Assembly: GCA_965223665.1 (NCBI GenBank)
Contig: OZ245011.1
Coordinates: 256,001-320,000, forward strand
Length of the DNA: 64,000 nt
From: Nitrospinaceae bacterium
GTDB taxonomy: Bacteria; Nitrospinota; Nitrospinia; Nitrospinales; Nitrospinaceae
Direction: 5' to 3'
Part shown: positions 52,104-61,737 of the stretch, piece by piece
How positions within the stretch are numbered: position 1 is the stretch's first letter
Layout: each line of letters starts with the position of its first letter
Notes under the pieces: model-generated
Told to the model about the DNA's origin: nothing
Seen by the model: only the letters and a program-made list of their open reading frames with translations
Databases searched by the model: none
Program-made: the position numbers and the translations under genes

Positions 52104-55100
52104 TTGACTAATTCTTTATAATATTCATTAACCATGCGTTGATATTTTTGGGGATATCGGTTTTTCATGGCTTTTAAAATTTCTTCACGAAATTGTCCTG
52201 GAACTTTGTATTGATCCTCAGAAGGTAAATTGACCTTTTCTTGTTGCATTCGGGTTGAACCACGTCCTCTTTGATTCTCTCTAGCTTGCCCTTGGCCAAA
52301 ACTGAACATTCTTTGTTGTCCGTTGGGTCCTTGTCCTGAATCTGCATTTTTTAATTGATTCAACATATCTTTGATTTCAGAAAGTTTTTGTAAGGCTCGG
52401 TTTTCAGATTCGATACTTTCGGGAATTCTCTTGTTTTGCAATCCGCGTTCAGCGTGCATCATTTGACGTCCAGCATTTTTCATTCCTCTGGATAGTTCAG
52501 GAGTGATCATCGGATTTTTCTGATTCATGCCACGAAAAATTTCTTCTAAATCCATGGCTTCATGCCGCATTTGTTGTTGTTGCTTTGAAAGATTTTGAAG
52601 CTTTTGTGAGTCTCCCTCAGAAATCATAGATTGATAGTCCTTGGAGATATCTCTCATTAAAGTTCCCAGTTTTTTAGAAATTTCCCGATTAATTTCATTT
52701 ATAGATTGCAGATCTGCCTTCATCTTATCATGCAAGGAAGAATCCAAATCTCTGGCAGTACGGAAATGGTTTTGCCATCTTAGTATTTCAGGATACGTTC
52801 TTTGAAATAGTGAATTAAATTCATATAAGTCCATTAATTCGGTTAACTCTTCCAGCTTATTGTATTTTTCTGTTAATTCTGGGAGAAAGTTCTTAAATCC
52901 CTGGAACATTTTCATGTGAAGATCGTGCATCTGGTTCACGACTTCAGACAAATTGTTCCGGGCTTTATTCAAATCTTGAAATTTTTGGCGTACATCTTTT
53001 TTACCAGTTGAATCAACCGTTTTTTGATTAAGTTCGCTGATGTTTTGGCGAAGGTTTGCTTCTTTATCCATTAAATTACTATAAGTTTTCATTTTGGGAT
53101 GATCATCTAATGCATGTTCATCTTCGCTTAAAAGTTTTTGAATTTCATTTACATCTTTTTTGAGGCTCTGAAAAAACTCCTTCAATTGATTTTCAAATTT
53201 TTTGAATTGCTGAGAACGAAGGTTTTTATTTATTTCTGTTGTTTTATTAAGAAGGTGTTTTTCTTTTGCTTCAAGCTCTTCGATTTTGGAAAGAGATTCA
53301 TTCAATTGGTTCATGATTTCCATATCCACCAAGTTCTGTTGATTATCCTGCATATCTTGCAGTTGATCAGAAAATGCCCTCAAATCATCCATCATTTTTT
53401 CAAGCTCTTCCATGGCTTGATCCATTTTCCCCTGATTGATTAAATCCATTAGTTTTTCCAGAGAAGAATCAAAGGATTCCATATTCAGGGATTCAAATGC
53501 ATTTCGATTCAGAAACTCATCGGGAAGAGATTGATTCTGTCGTGCAAGTTGCTCCATGATTTTTTGCAAGGTTTCTTTGAGTTTTTTTATCATGGATTTC
53601 ATTTCTGGAGAATTAGCATCTGACTTTTTATCTCGTGCCTTTTCTAATTCTTCTCTCAATGATTCTGCTAATTCGGAAAGATCTTTTTCCATATCTAAGA
53701 CTTGACTCATGCGTTCTCGATTAAGCATTTTAATTAAAAACAATATGTCTCTTTCCAAGTGAGCAATTAGTTTGTCGTTAACAGATTCAACCGGTGGAAA
53801 ATTCAGGCCTATGGGTGTGGCTTTTACAATCGCATTGCTGATTTGATTCATTGCTTGAATATGCTCTTCTCTGATTCTGTTCAAGCCTGAAATAATGTTT
53901 TTTATTAGAGTGAGATAAGGTTGTGGAAATGATTGTATTACTTCTGCCTGTGATTGGATAGACTGCGCAAGATTTATAATTCGTATCAATTGATCAGTAT
54001 TATAAGCCAATGTATGTTTTAGCTTGTCCAGTCCTTCAGGAGTGTTTTCGTGCTCGTTTATATTGGTAACTAAACTTCGTGCCAATAATTCAATCATTCG
54101 TTCAACTAATTCCTCTTGAAGGGCTATCAGATCCAGATGCTTCTTTTTTTCGTCAAAAATTTCAAATGAAAATACTTCAGACTGGCCCGTGTTGGGGCCA
54201 AAGATGGTATCGTTGTCAAAAATTTCCAAGTAATATTGGACCTCATCCCCTGGAAGAATATCCAATGTGCTTAATTCCCAAGTGTAGTCGCCTTTTAATT
54301 CTGTTTGGAATCCCTTAATATTTTTTATGAGTTTTTTCTTTATTTTCCCATTAACGTTAATCACTAAATCAACTTTTTGAATTCCAAAATCATCAGATCC
54401 TTCATAAAAAAATTGAACTTTATCTGTTAGATAATATACGGGTTTTGGATTTGCCAAGAATATTGTGATATGTGGGGATTTGTCTTTTTTTAAGGTAATA
54501 GGGTATTCTTCGGGCAATAAAATTTTATTGTTATTCAGTGATTTGATTTCATACTGGTAATGCCCAGGTTCCCGGATTATAAAACGGCCACGGATATTTT
54601 TATCCTTGTTAATTTCCATTGAAAGCCGGTCCGTGCCATTAATAACTAAACTTGATCCTGCCAAGGGATGATTTGATTGAGCTTGAATAATTACTTCAGT
54701 GCCGGGAAACACGTTTATTTTCCCATCGGAGGGATCAATCGTTTTTTGCTTGAGCCTTGTATACGCTGGAAAGTTATAAGTTAAAGAAAACTTACTTAAT
54801 GAATAATCTAGTTCTTTCTGCAAGGATTTATCTGTTTTACCTGCTTGCGCTAAAAGTTTGGTCTGATTGGTAGGGCTTGGAGGTGAAGTGAGTTTTGCAT
54901 ATCCGCGCGTCCAAAACTCAGGCATAGCAAAATTTAAAACTAATGCCATTAAAATTACTATAAAAAGAATGCCTACACTGCGTAAAAAGTTCTTAGAGTT
55001 TACTAAGGTTTTATAATCCAGTTCTTTTACTTGTTTTCCCGTTCTAGAAATCAACTCCTCTACAAACTCAACTGACATGTCAGAAGAAGGTTGAGATTTG

Positions 55101-55438
55101 TGCAAGAGAGGTTCTAATTGGATAGAATTTATCAGGCCATTTTGAAGGCCTTGAACTTTATTTTCTATAAAAAGGGCAGTTTGATCCGGTGAAAATGATG
55201 TCCAACCATTTTTTCTCGATATAAATATACAAAGAAAGATAAAAGAAACGACCCACAAAATGCAAAATAAAAAAATAATTGGAAGGGAAGGGGAGTTATA
55301 GTAGGCCACTAAATTTGCGATTAGCGCGCCGCCTATTAGCAAAGCTAATATAAGAGAAAAGTTGGAAGAAAATTGGAAGAAAAATCGCCGTTTACGAACT
55401 TTATCCAGAAAGCTTTTTATTTGTTGGGCAGAATCCAT
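52100..55438 (-). CDS. DUF4175-like large membrane-anchored coiled-coil protein
   Basis: Three N-terminal TMs, PAYT, DDFGI, DND...GP..G.S, long Q/E/L/M-rich helical region, terminal P..Y...V.EYY..L. Confidence 0.75.
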   Translation of the reverse strand: MDSAQQIKSFLDKVRKRRFFFQFSSNFSLILALLIGGALIANLVAYYNSPSLPIIFLFCILWVVSFIFLCIFISRKNGWTSFSPDQTALFIENKVQGLQNGLINSIQLEPLLHKSQPSSDMSVEFVEELISRTGKQVKELDYKTLVNSKNFLRSVGILFIVILMALVLNFAMPEFWTRGYAKLTSPPSPTNQTKLLAQAGKTDKSLQKELDYSLSKFSLTYNFPAYTRLKQKTIDPSDGKINVFPGTEVIIQAQSNHPLAGSSLVINGTDRLSMEINKDKNIRGRFIIREPGHYQYEIKSLNNNKILLPEEYPITLKKDKSPHITIFLANPKPVYYLTDKVQFFYEGSDDFGIQKVDLVINVNGKIKKKLIKNIKGFQTELKGDYTWELSTLDILPGDEVQYYLEIFDNDTIFGPNTGQSEVFSFEIFDEKKKHLDLIALQEELVERMIELLARSLVTNINEHENTPEGLDKLKHTLAYNTDQLIRIINLAQSIQSQAEVIQSFPQPYLTLIKNIISGLNRIREEHIQAMNQISNAIVKATPIGLNFPPVESVNDKLIAHLERDILFLIKMLNRERMSQVLDMEKDLSELAESLREELEKARDKKSDANSPEMKSMIKKLKETLQKIMEQLARQNQSLPDEFLNRNAFESLNMESFDSSLEKLMDLINQGKMDQAMEELEKMMDDLRAFSDQLQDMQDNQQNLVDMEIMNQLNESLSKIEELEAKEKHLLNKTTEINKNLRSQQFKKFENQLKEFFQSLKKDVNEIQKLLSEDEHALDDHPKMKTYSNLMDKEANLRQNISELNQKTVDSTGKKDVRQKFQDLNKARNNLSEVVNQMHDLHMKMFQGFKNFLPELTEKYNKLEELTELMDLYEFNSLFQRTYPEILRWQNHFRTARDLDSSLHDKMKADLQSINEINREISKKLGTLMRDISKDYQSMISEGDSQKLQNLSKQQQQMRHEAMDLEEIFRGMNQKNPMITPELSRGMKNAGRQMMHAERGLQNKRIPESIESENRALQKLSEIKDMLNQLKNADSGQGPNGQQRMFSFGQGQARENQRGRGSTRMQQEKVNLPSEDQYKVPGQFREEILKAMKNRYPQKYQRMVNEYYKELVK

Positions 55439-55605
55439 ATAAGTGATTTTGAATTAACCATTTCGACAACTGTATTATATCCTGATTTACTTCTTTTGGT
55501 AATTAGTAAAAGGAGGAGGGGGAGAGCAAAGGGATAATTAAGTTTTGAAGGTTATATTGTCAAGCTTTTCAATATAATAGCAACACTCAATTCAAGCGCT
55601 AAGGC

Positions 55606-56382
55606 TTAAGCTGTGCTGGGGTTGTCGTTATCTTTTGTTATTTCCCTATTTTTTAAAAATGGACCGAATAACTCCAAAGGAAGTGGAAAAAAGGTTGTTG
55701 TTGATTTATCCACCGAAACATCAAGCATGGTTTGTAAAAATCTTAATTGCAGGGCTGGTGGGTGAGCATTAATAATGTCCGCCGCATCACCAATTTTTTC
55801 TGCTGCCTCATATTCCCCTAAAGCATGAATTATTTTGGCCCTTCTTTCTCGTTCAGCTTCGGCTTGCTTTGCTAATGCACGCTGCATTTCCTGGGGTAGG
55901 TCGACATTTTTTACTTCAACATTGGCTACTTTGACCCCCCAGGGTTCTGTCTGGTCATCAATGACCTGTTGAAGATGATTGTTAATCTCTTCACGATTAG
56001 AAAGCAAATCATCCAATTGGCTTTGCCCTAATATACTTCGCAACGTGGTTTGGGATAATTGGGACGTGGCATATAGAAAGTCTTCGACTTCAATTATGGC
56101 TTTTTGCGGGTCAAGCACTCTAAAGTAAACAACGGCATTAACCTTAACGGTGACATTGTCTTTAGTAATTATGTCTTGGGGAGGAACATCCATGACCACC
56201 GTTCGTAGACTCACCTTAACCATTTTTTGAATTAAAGGTACAACAATAATTATTCCAGGGCCCTTTACTTTATAAAATTTCCCCAGGAAAAATATTACCC
56301 CTCTTTCATATTCGCGTAAAACCTTAAACGATATAAAGAATAAAAATAGGATAATAAGAATGGTGACAAATAAAGGCTCCAT
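55606..56382 (-). CDS. Stomatin-like SPFH/band 7 protein
   Basis: [40 protein letters not shown]; start at ATG 56382 with GGGAG upstream. Confidence 0.93.
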   Translation of the reverse strand: MEPLFVTILIILFLFFISFKVLREYERGVIFFLGKFYKVKGPGIIIVVPLIQKMVKVSLRTVVMDVPPQDIITKDNVTVKVNAVVYFRVLDPQKAIIEVEDFLYATSQLSQTTLRSILGQSQLDDLLSNREEINNHLQQVIDDQTEPWGVKVANVEVKNVDLPQEMQRALAKQAEAERERRAKIIHALGEYEAAEKIGDAADIINAHPPALQLRFLQTMLDVSVDKSTTTFFPLPLELFGPFLKNREITKDNDNPSTA

Positions 56383-56579
56383 GGCGCTTCTCCCTGTAAA
56401 GGATTTATTAAGCGTTACATTAATCATGATACCAATAAAAGACCTTGAAAAAGAAGCTTTTTCGGTACTTTTGTCAAACGATTTCCAGGTCAAGGAAAAA
56501 ATGATTTTTGGGTTGTTACTTTTGCAAAGATGTGAGAATTTGGTGGAAACAATTCTATTAATTCCGTAAATTTGAATAT

Positions 56580-57416
56580 ATGGGATACTATTTAAGAGTT
56601 TGGAAAAATTATCAAACATCAATACTATCCATATTGCTCGTTCTGACAATTCTGGCTAAAGGGGTATTTGCGGAACCTTTAAATATTTCAACCCATGCCT
56701 CCGTGGAAGAGGGTGGAATAGTTGATATCCAATTGACTATAGAAAATGTAAGTGGAAAACCGCTTTATCATATTCATCCCATGTTTCATTTCCACCATTC
56801 CATGGAGCCTTTAGAAATGATTCATTTGTTAGACCCGGGAGAGAAAAAAACATTCCATACTAAAAAACATCCTAAGGTTGTCCGCATTGGAAGTTATCCT
56901 TTGGTGGTAATGGTTCAGTATAAAAACTCGCAAGATACCGATGAGTCTATTACACAAGTTCATACAGATTCCTTTTCTTTTAAAGAAAGTTTGAAAGCAA
57001 GTATTGAAGGAGAAATAAGAACCAAGACAATTGATGAAACTTCTCTATTACAAATTTTGGTAAAAAATAAATCAGGTTCCTTTAAAAATATCCGCCTAAT
57101 GCTGTTGTTACCTCCAGATCTGATTGCGGAAAGTTTTAAAGGAATGATGGGTTTCACGATTCGAGGGGGTGAAGAAAAATACTTTGAGGTTCCGGTTAAA
57201 AAGATTGGAGGTCATGAATCTTATGAGTATCCGGTTCATTTAATGGTGGAGTATGGGGAAATGTTAAAACATTATTCCGGGGATATTCAGGGAACCATAA
57301 AATTTAGTTCTTTTTTTGGTAAAGGCTTTGAATGGCCACACCTCCTGGTATTCGCTTTTTTATTTTTTACATTGATCCAATATTTTAAGAAACGCTTAAT
57401 TGCATTTAAGTATTAA
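56580..57416 (+). CDS. Exported, C-terminally anchored beta-rich hypothetical protein
   Basis: Signal peptide (VFA-E), two Ig-like beta-rich repeats, C-terminal TM. Confidence 0.68.
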   Translation: MGYYLRVWKNYQTSILSILLVLTILAKGVFAEPLNISTHASVEEGGIVDIQLTIENVSGKPLYHIHPMFHFHHSMEPLEMIHLLDPGEKKTFHTKKHPKVVRIGSYPLVVMVQYKNSQDTDESITQVHTDSFSFKESLKASIEGEIRTKTIDETSLLQILVKNKSGSFKNIRLMLLLPPDLIAESFKGMMGFTIRGGEEKYFEVPVKKIGGHESYEYPVHLMVEYGEMLKHYSGDIQGTIKFSSFFGKGFEWPHLLVFAFLFFTLIQYFKKRLIAFKY

Positions 57417-57628
57417 ATAAAAGATTTCCGCAAATATACTATTTATTCCTCTGAAGAATTAAATCAATCCTATATGAAAATTCCCTTCCATTTGTAAATT
57501 TACTTATATGTTTGAAATTTTTTAAAGTTTTGAATTTCCCTCTATTTAGTTTTTTCTTCTTTAGTTAATGGGAAAAATTGAATTTTATCCTTAATTTGCC
57601 CTTAAACTAAAAAGAAACAAAAATTGAA

Positions 57629-58588
57629 ATGAGGTTTAATTTGGAAACACAAGCTCCTCCATTGGAAGATGAAATAGGAAAAGAATTAAGGAGCCACTCG
57701 GGAATAAGTCGGACAACGATTCATGGTTGGCCATCCGTATTTTTTGGAAGTCCTTTTCTAGCAGCGGGTATTGTGATTAGTTGTTTGTATTTAGGTGTAA
57801 TCGAATATTCTTCCAGGAGTTTACACGCCCCTGAATGGATTTTAGGAGTGTTCGGATTTATGTTTTTCCTTGCAGGTGCTTCTTTAATGGGACATGGTCT
57901 GTTAGGTGTAAGACAAAGAGCTTTATTAAAAGACGCAAAAAAAAATAGAACTTCTTCTCCCTGGTTATGGGATTACCCTTGGCACGCATTAGGCATTTCA
58001 GAAAATAAATTGAAGGAGGCCTTACATTCGATATTTTTGTTAGTCGTTTTCAGTGTATTTCTTGCTCCCTTCAATTGGTGGGCCTTCTTTTCAAATCAAT
58101 CTGAAATTCTTTTAAAGCTTATTGTTGGTTTTTTTGATTTGGTTTGTGGGTTGGGAGTCGGGATTAATTTTTATAAAAAGTGGGCCCTTTATTTAAAATA
58201 TGGAAATAGTCGACTTCAGTTTCGGGATTTCCCCTTTTTTTTAGGAAATAAAATCAGTGTTGGGTTAATAGGTTTGCCAAAAAATGCTGAACAAGTTGAG
58301 TGTCATTTACGTTGTATTGAGGAAAGATATGAAATAAGAGGGAGTGGGCGTAACCGAAGCTCAAAAGTAGTGTGTTATGAAAAATATAGAGATACAAAAA
58401 AAATTCATGGTTCGAAGGTGTTGAATCAAGAAAAGTTGTCGTTGGAGTGGAAGCTTCCCAATGATAAGGATTTGAAATCTATTTTAAGCGAACGACCAGC
58501 TAAGTTTTGGGAATTGGAGGTGAAGGCCGAAACACCAGGAGTGGATTACCACAGCCGATTTTTATTACCCGTTTACGTAAAAAGTTAA
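57629..58588 (+). CDS. Hypothetical membrane protein (about 4 TMs + C-terminal beta domain)
   Basis: Hydrophobic segments; terminal W.LEV.AE.PGVDY...F.LPV. Confidence 0.7.
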   Translation: MRFNLETQAPPLEDEIGKELRSHSGISRTTIHGWPSVFFGSPFLAAGIVISCLYLGVIEYSSRSLHAPEWILGVFGFMFFLAGASLMGHGLLGVRQRALLKDAKKNRTSSPWLWDYPWHALGISENKLKEALHSIFLLVVFSVFLAPFNWWAFFSNQSEILLKLIVGFFDLVCGLGVGINFYKKWALYLKYGNSRLQFRDFPFFLGNKISVGLIGLPKNAEQVECHLRCIEERYEIRGSGRNRSSKVVCYEKYRDTKKIHGSKVLNQEKLSLEWKLPNDKDLKSILSERPAKFWELEVKAETPGVDYHSRFLLPVYVKS

Positions 58589-58603
58589 ATCATTTTTTTC
58601 AAT

Positions 58604-58637
58604 AAAAAAGGGCTTATGGAAAACTCCACAAGCCCTT
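58604..58637 (-). terminator. Intrinsic terminator downstream of degP
   Basis: AAGGGCTT.TGGA-aaac-TCCA.AAGCCCTT hairpin preceded by an A-run on the plus strand. Confidence 0.7.
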
Positions 58638-58671
58638 CTAAGATAGATGAACCAACTAAACTTAATGTGAT

Positions 58672-59859
58672 TTAAACATTACGTTCAGTCAATTCCTCAA
58701 TGGTGATGGAAACGGATTTTTTAGAACCATTTCTTATTACTTCCATTTCCACTGTTTTCCCAGGGGAAGTTTTCGCAACCAGCTTAGGCAGGTCGGAAAA
58801 ACTGTTAACTTTCTCTTTGTTAAAAGCAACCACTACGTCTCCACGAAGTAAACCGCCCTTGTGGGCAGGTCCATTTGGAAATACATCGCTGACTAAAGCC
58901 CCTTCTGCCCCTTTCACCCCAAAGTTTGCAGCCAATTCGGGTGTTAATTTTTGGATCATCACCCCTAACCAACCTCGGGTTACTTTACCGTCTTTTTTGA
59001 GTTGGTCAATGATGGTTGATGCCATGTTTATAGGAATTGCAAACCCAATTCCCACATTGCCTCCGGAATTTCCGGAAATAATGGCTGTATTGATTCCAAT
59101 GACTTCGCCTTTTAAATTAAGCAATGGACCACCACTGTTTCCGGGATTAATGGAAGCATCCGTTTGAATAAACTCATCATAGGGTCCGGATCCAATATTG
59201 CGTCCTTTTGCACTAACAATTCCTGCGGTCACGGTATGACTGAGTCCGAATGGATTTCCTATAGCGATTACCCATTCACCAACTTCTAATGACTCTGAAT
59301 TACCAAATTTCATGTAGGGAAAGGTTTGAGTATTTTTAGAATCCTGATTAATTTGAAGGATAGCTAAATCAGTCTTAGCATCTGAGCCAATCAATCGAGC
59401 AGAGTATTCTTTTTCTTCAGTTGATTTTCCATTTAGGAGAAGAACTTTAATTTCATCAGCCCCATCTACCACATGATGATTGGTAATTACTAATCCGTCT
59501 TCACTTATGATAAATCCAGAACCCATACCGTTTCCTTTTTGAGGAGGTTGAGGTGGACTTGGGAACATTTTACCGAATGGATTTCCTGGTTGGTTTCTGT
59601 TGAAGGGATGTTGTCCATTAAACGGTGTTTGACTACGCATTTTTTTTACTTTTTTAATTGACCGGACACTTACCACCGCAGGATTTTTCTCTTTTGCTAC
59701 TTCGGTGATGATGTTGGTTCCCACAGGATTGTTAGTTGCGCTCATGGCATAGGAGCGAGTGGGAAAGTCCAAGGAAGCGTTTTGCAACCATCCGGTAAAT
59801 GGAAAAGATAAAGCTAAAGCGAAGATAAAAAATATTGAAAACTTAGTCGACCTTTTCAT
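58672..59859 (-). CDS. HtrA/DegP-family periplasmic serine protease with a single PDZ domain
   Basis: GSGFI, TNHHV, DLA, QTDASINPGNSGGPL, RGWLGV; ATG 59859 with GAGG upstream. Confidence 0.93.
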   Translation of the reverse strand: MKRSTKFSIFFIFALALSFPFTGWLQNASLDFPTRSYAMSATNNPVGTNIITEVAKEKNPAVVSVRSIKKVKKMRSQTPFNGQHPFNRNQPGNPFGKMFPSPPQPPQKGNGMGSGFIISEDGLVITNHHVVDGADEIKVLLLNGKSTEEKEYSARLIGSDAKTDLAILQINQDSKNTQTFPYMKFGNSESLEVGEWVIAIGNPFGLSHTVTAGIVSAKGRNIGSGPYDEFIQTDASINPGNSGGPLLNLKGEVIGINTAIISGNSGGNVGIGFAIPINMASTIIDQLKKDGKVTRGWLGVMIQKLTPELAANFGVKGAEGALVSDVFPNGPAHKGGLLRGDVVVAFNKEKVNSFSDLPKLVAKTSPGKTVEMEVIRNGSKKSVSITIEELTERNV

Positions 59860-59967
59860 TTTCCTGTGCCTCACAAAAATTATTTAATCAAACAAAATAT
59901 TTTTAAAACCCAAGGTTAGGATAAAATTTTGTAGATTAAATAAGTATTAACCAAAGATTAAATGTTT

Positions 59968-60345
59968 TTAATTTTTGGGTAGTGAGAATGCGAGGAGGAG
60001 CCAGCCGGTCATAAAGGAAAGGCCGCCAAGGGGTGTGATTGGGCCCAAAAATCTAGGGCCGCCTAATGCAAGGGCATAAAGACTTCCACTGAACATAATG
60101 ATTCCAGCCAAAAAAAACCATCCGGCGCGGTTGAGTTTTTTATTTTCAGAACCATCCAGTTTTAAGGCGAGGATACCTACAAGAACCAAAGCAATGCTAT
60201 GCATAAACTGATAAAAATTACCGGTTTGAAATGTTTCTAAACTTTTCTCAGCCAGTCGAGCTTTTAAAGAATGAGCGCCGAAGGCTCCCAACATAACGCT
60301 TAGGCCCCCAAGAATGGCACCAATTTTTATCCAAAGTTTTCCCAT
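59968..60345 (-). CDS. DUF423 (YgdD/TMEM256) membrane protein
   Basis: GAFGAH, YQ..H, FSGSLY, ITPLGG. Confidence 0.93.
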   Translation of the reverse strand: MGKLWIKIGAILGGLSVMLGAFGAHSLKARLAEKSLETFQTGNFYQFMHSIALVLVGILALKLDGSENKKLNRAGWFFLAGIIMFSGSLYALALGGPRFLGPITPLGGLSFMTGWLLLAFSLPKN

Positions 60346-60348
60346 GAC

Positions 60349-61737
60349 TTATCCCACAATATTATATCGACGCGGCCGGTACTTAACCCCAAAATCGTTT
60401 TCGGAAATTTCTTTGCATTTTTCTTCATCCACACCCGGTTGATGAGTCACGATAGTGGATTGGACATCGGGTATGTATTTTTTGGCTTCATCGATGAATT
60501 CTAGAATTTTTTCATAAATCATCCCCTGGAATGAAGGTAGAGGTTTGCAAATTTCATCATAGGCTTCCGAGTTATCCGCATTTAAACTTATAGAAACCTC
60601 GTCAATTAAACCTTTTAGCTCGGGTAAAATGTTTCGTTTGTTGATAACATTTCCATGGCCGTTTGTGTTTAACCGGACCCTTCCACCAGCATTTTTTATT
60701 TTCTGAGCAACTTCTTTAATAATATCTAATCGAAGTGTGGGTTCACCATAACCACAAAATACAACTTCTTCGTATTGGGTGGGATCTCCAACTGCATTCC
60801 AAAGCTCATCTGCAGTTGGTTCACGGTCCAAGGCCAGGTTATAACCCTGAACAATGGGATTGGTCAGCCGGGTACAAAAAACGCAACTGTTAGTGCACCG
60901 TTGAGTTAAGTTTAAATAAAATGAGTTACGGATTTGATACCCAATAGTTCCTGCTTCTGCAGAATCACCGATACCAAATAAATCATGAAAGTTTTGTTCC
61001 ATGGAACGCAGTACATCTTCAACCCTAAGACCGCGTACCTCTGCTAATTTATCTATTGTGTAATTAACATAGGCCGGCTCATTACGCTTTCCACGTTTAG
61101 GGACCGGGGTGAGGAATGGGCAATCTGTTTCGGCAAATAACCGATCTGCTGGAACCATCTTTGCGACTTCCCTTAGAGTTTCGGCTTTTTTGAAGGTTAC
61201 TGAGCCTGAAAAGGAAATATAAAATCCCATTCGAAGTGCTGCTTCTGCTAATTCCACATCTCCAGCAAAACAATGGAAAATTCCCGACTTGCCTTCTGGG
61301 TTGTCATAATATTCCGATAAGATCGAGATCATATCTTCTTTAGCGTCTCTGCAGTGGATAATGATGGGTTTATTTAATTCCTTTGCAATCTCAATTTGAT
61401 TTCGGAAATGAGCGCGTTGAACATCTTGAGGTGAATAATTTTTAAAATAATCCAATCCAATTTCTCCTAAAGCAATCACTTTAGGATGATCCAGAAGAAT
61501 TCGAATCTGGTCAAAAGTATGCCCGTTAATATTTTTTACATCATGAGGGTGAACCCCTGCAGTGGCATAGATAAAATCGTAATGTTCGGTTAACTCTACT
61601 GAACGTTGGCTACTTTCAACATCACAGCCTACATTTACGATATATTTTATTCCTTGTTTTAAAGCACGATTGATTATTTCCTCACGATCTTCATCGTAAG
61701 AATTCATATCAATATGTGCATGTGTATCAATTATCAT
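60349..61737 (-). CDS. tatD: TatD hydrolase fused to TatD-linked radical SAM domain
   Basis: DTHAH, GVHP, GEIGLD, IHCR, FHCF, ETDCP; then YLNLT.RC...C.FC, VFCGYGEP, NTNG. Confidence 0.92.
   Translation of the reverse strand: MIIDTHAHIDMNSYDEDREEIINRALKQGIKYIVNVGCDVESSQRSVELTEHYDFIYATAGVHPHDVKNINGHTFDQIRILLDHPKVIALGEIGLDYFKNYSPQDVQRAHFRNQIEIAKELNKPIIIHCRDAKEDMISILSEYYDNPEGKSGIFHCFAGDVELAEAALRMGFYISFSGSVTFKKAETLREVAKMVPADRLFAETDCPFLTPVPKRGKRNEPAYVNYTIDKLAEVRGLRVEDVLRSMEQNFHDLFGIGDSAEAGTIGYQIRNSFYLNLTQRCTNSCVFCTRLTNPIVQGYNLALDREPTADELWNAVGDPTQYEEVVFCGYGEPTLRLDIIKEVAQKIKNAGGRVRLNTNGHGNVINKRNILPELKGLIDEVSISLNADNSEAYDEICKPLPSFQGMIYEKILEFIDEAKKYIPDVQSTIVTHQPGVDEEKCKEISENDFGVKYRPRRYNIVG

Noticed and set aside
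56383..56649. 89 aa N-terminal extension of the SPFH ORF (likewise extensions at 15385-15447, 21356-21412, 40061-40228)
   Set aside because: Extensions overlap neighbouring genes or spacers; downstream ATGs match family starts or have RBSs
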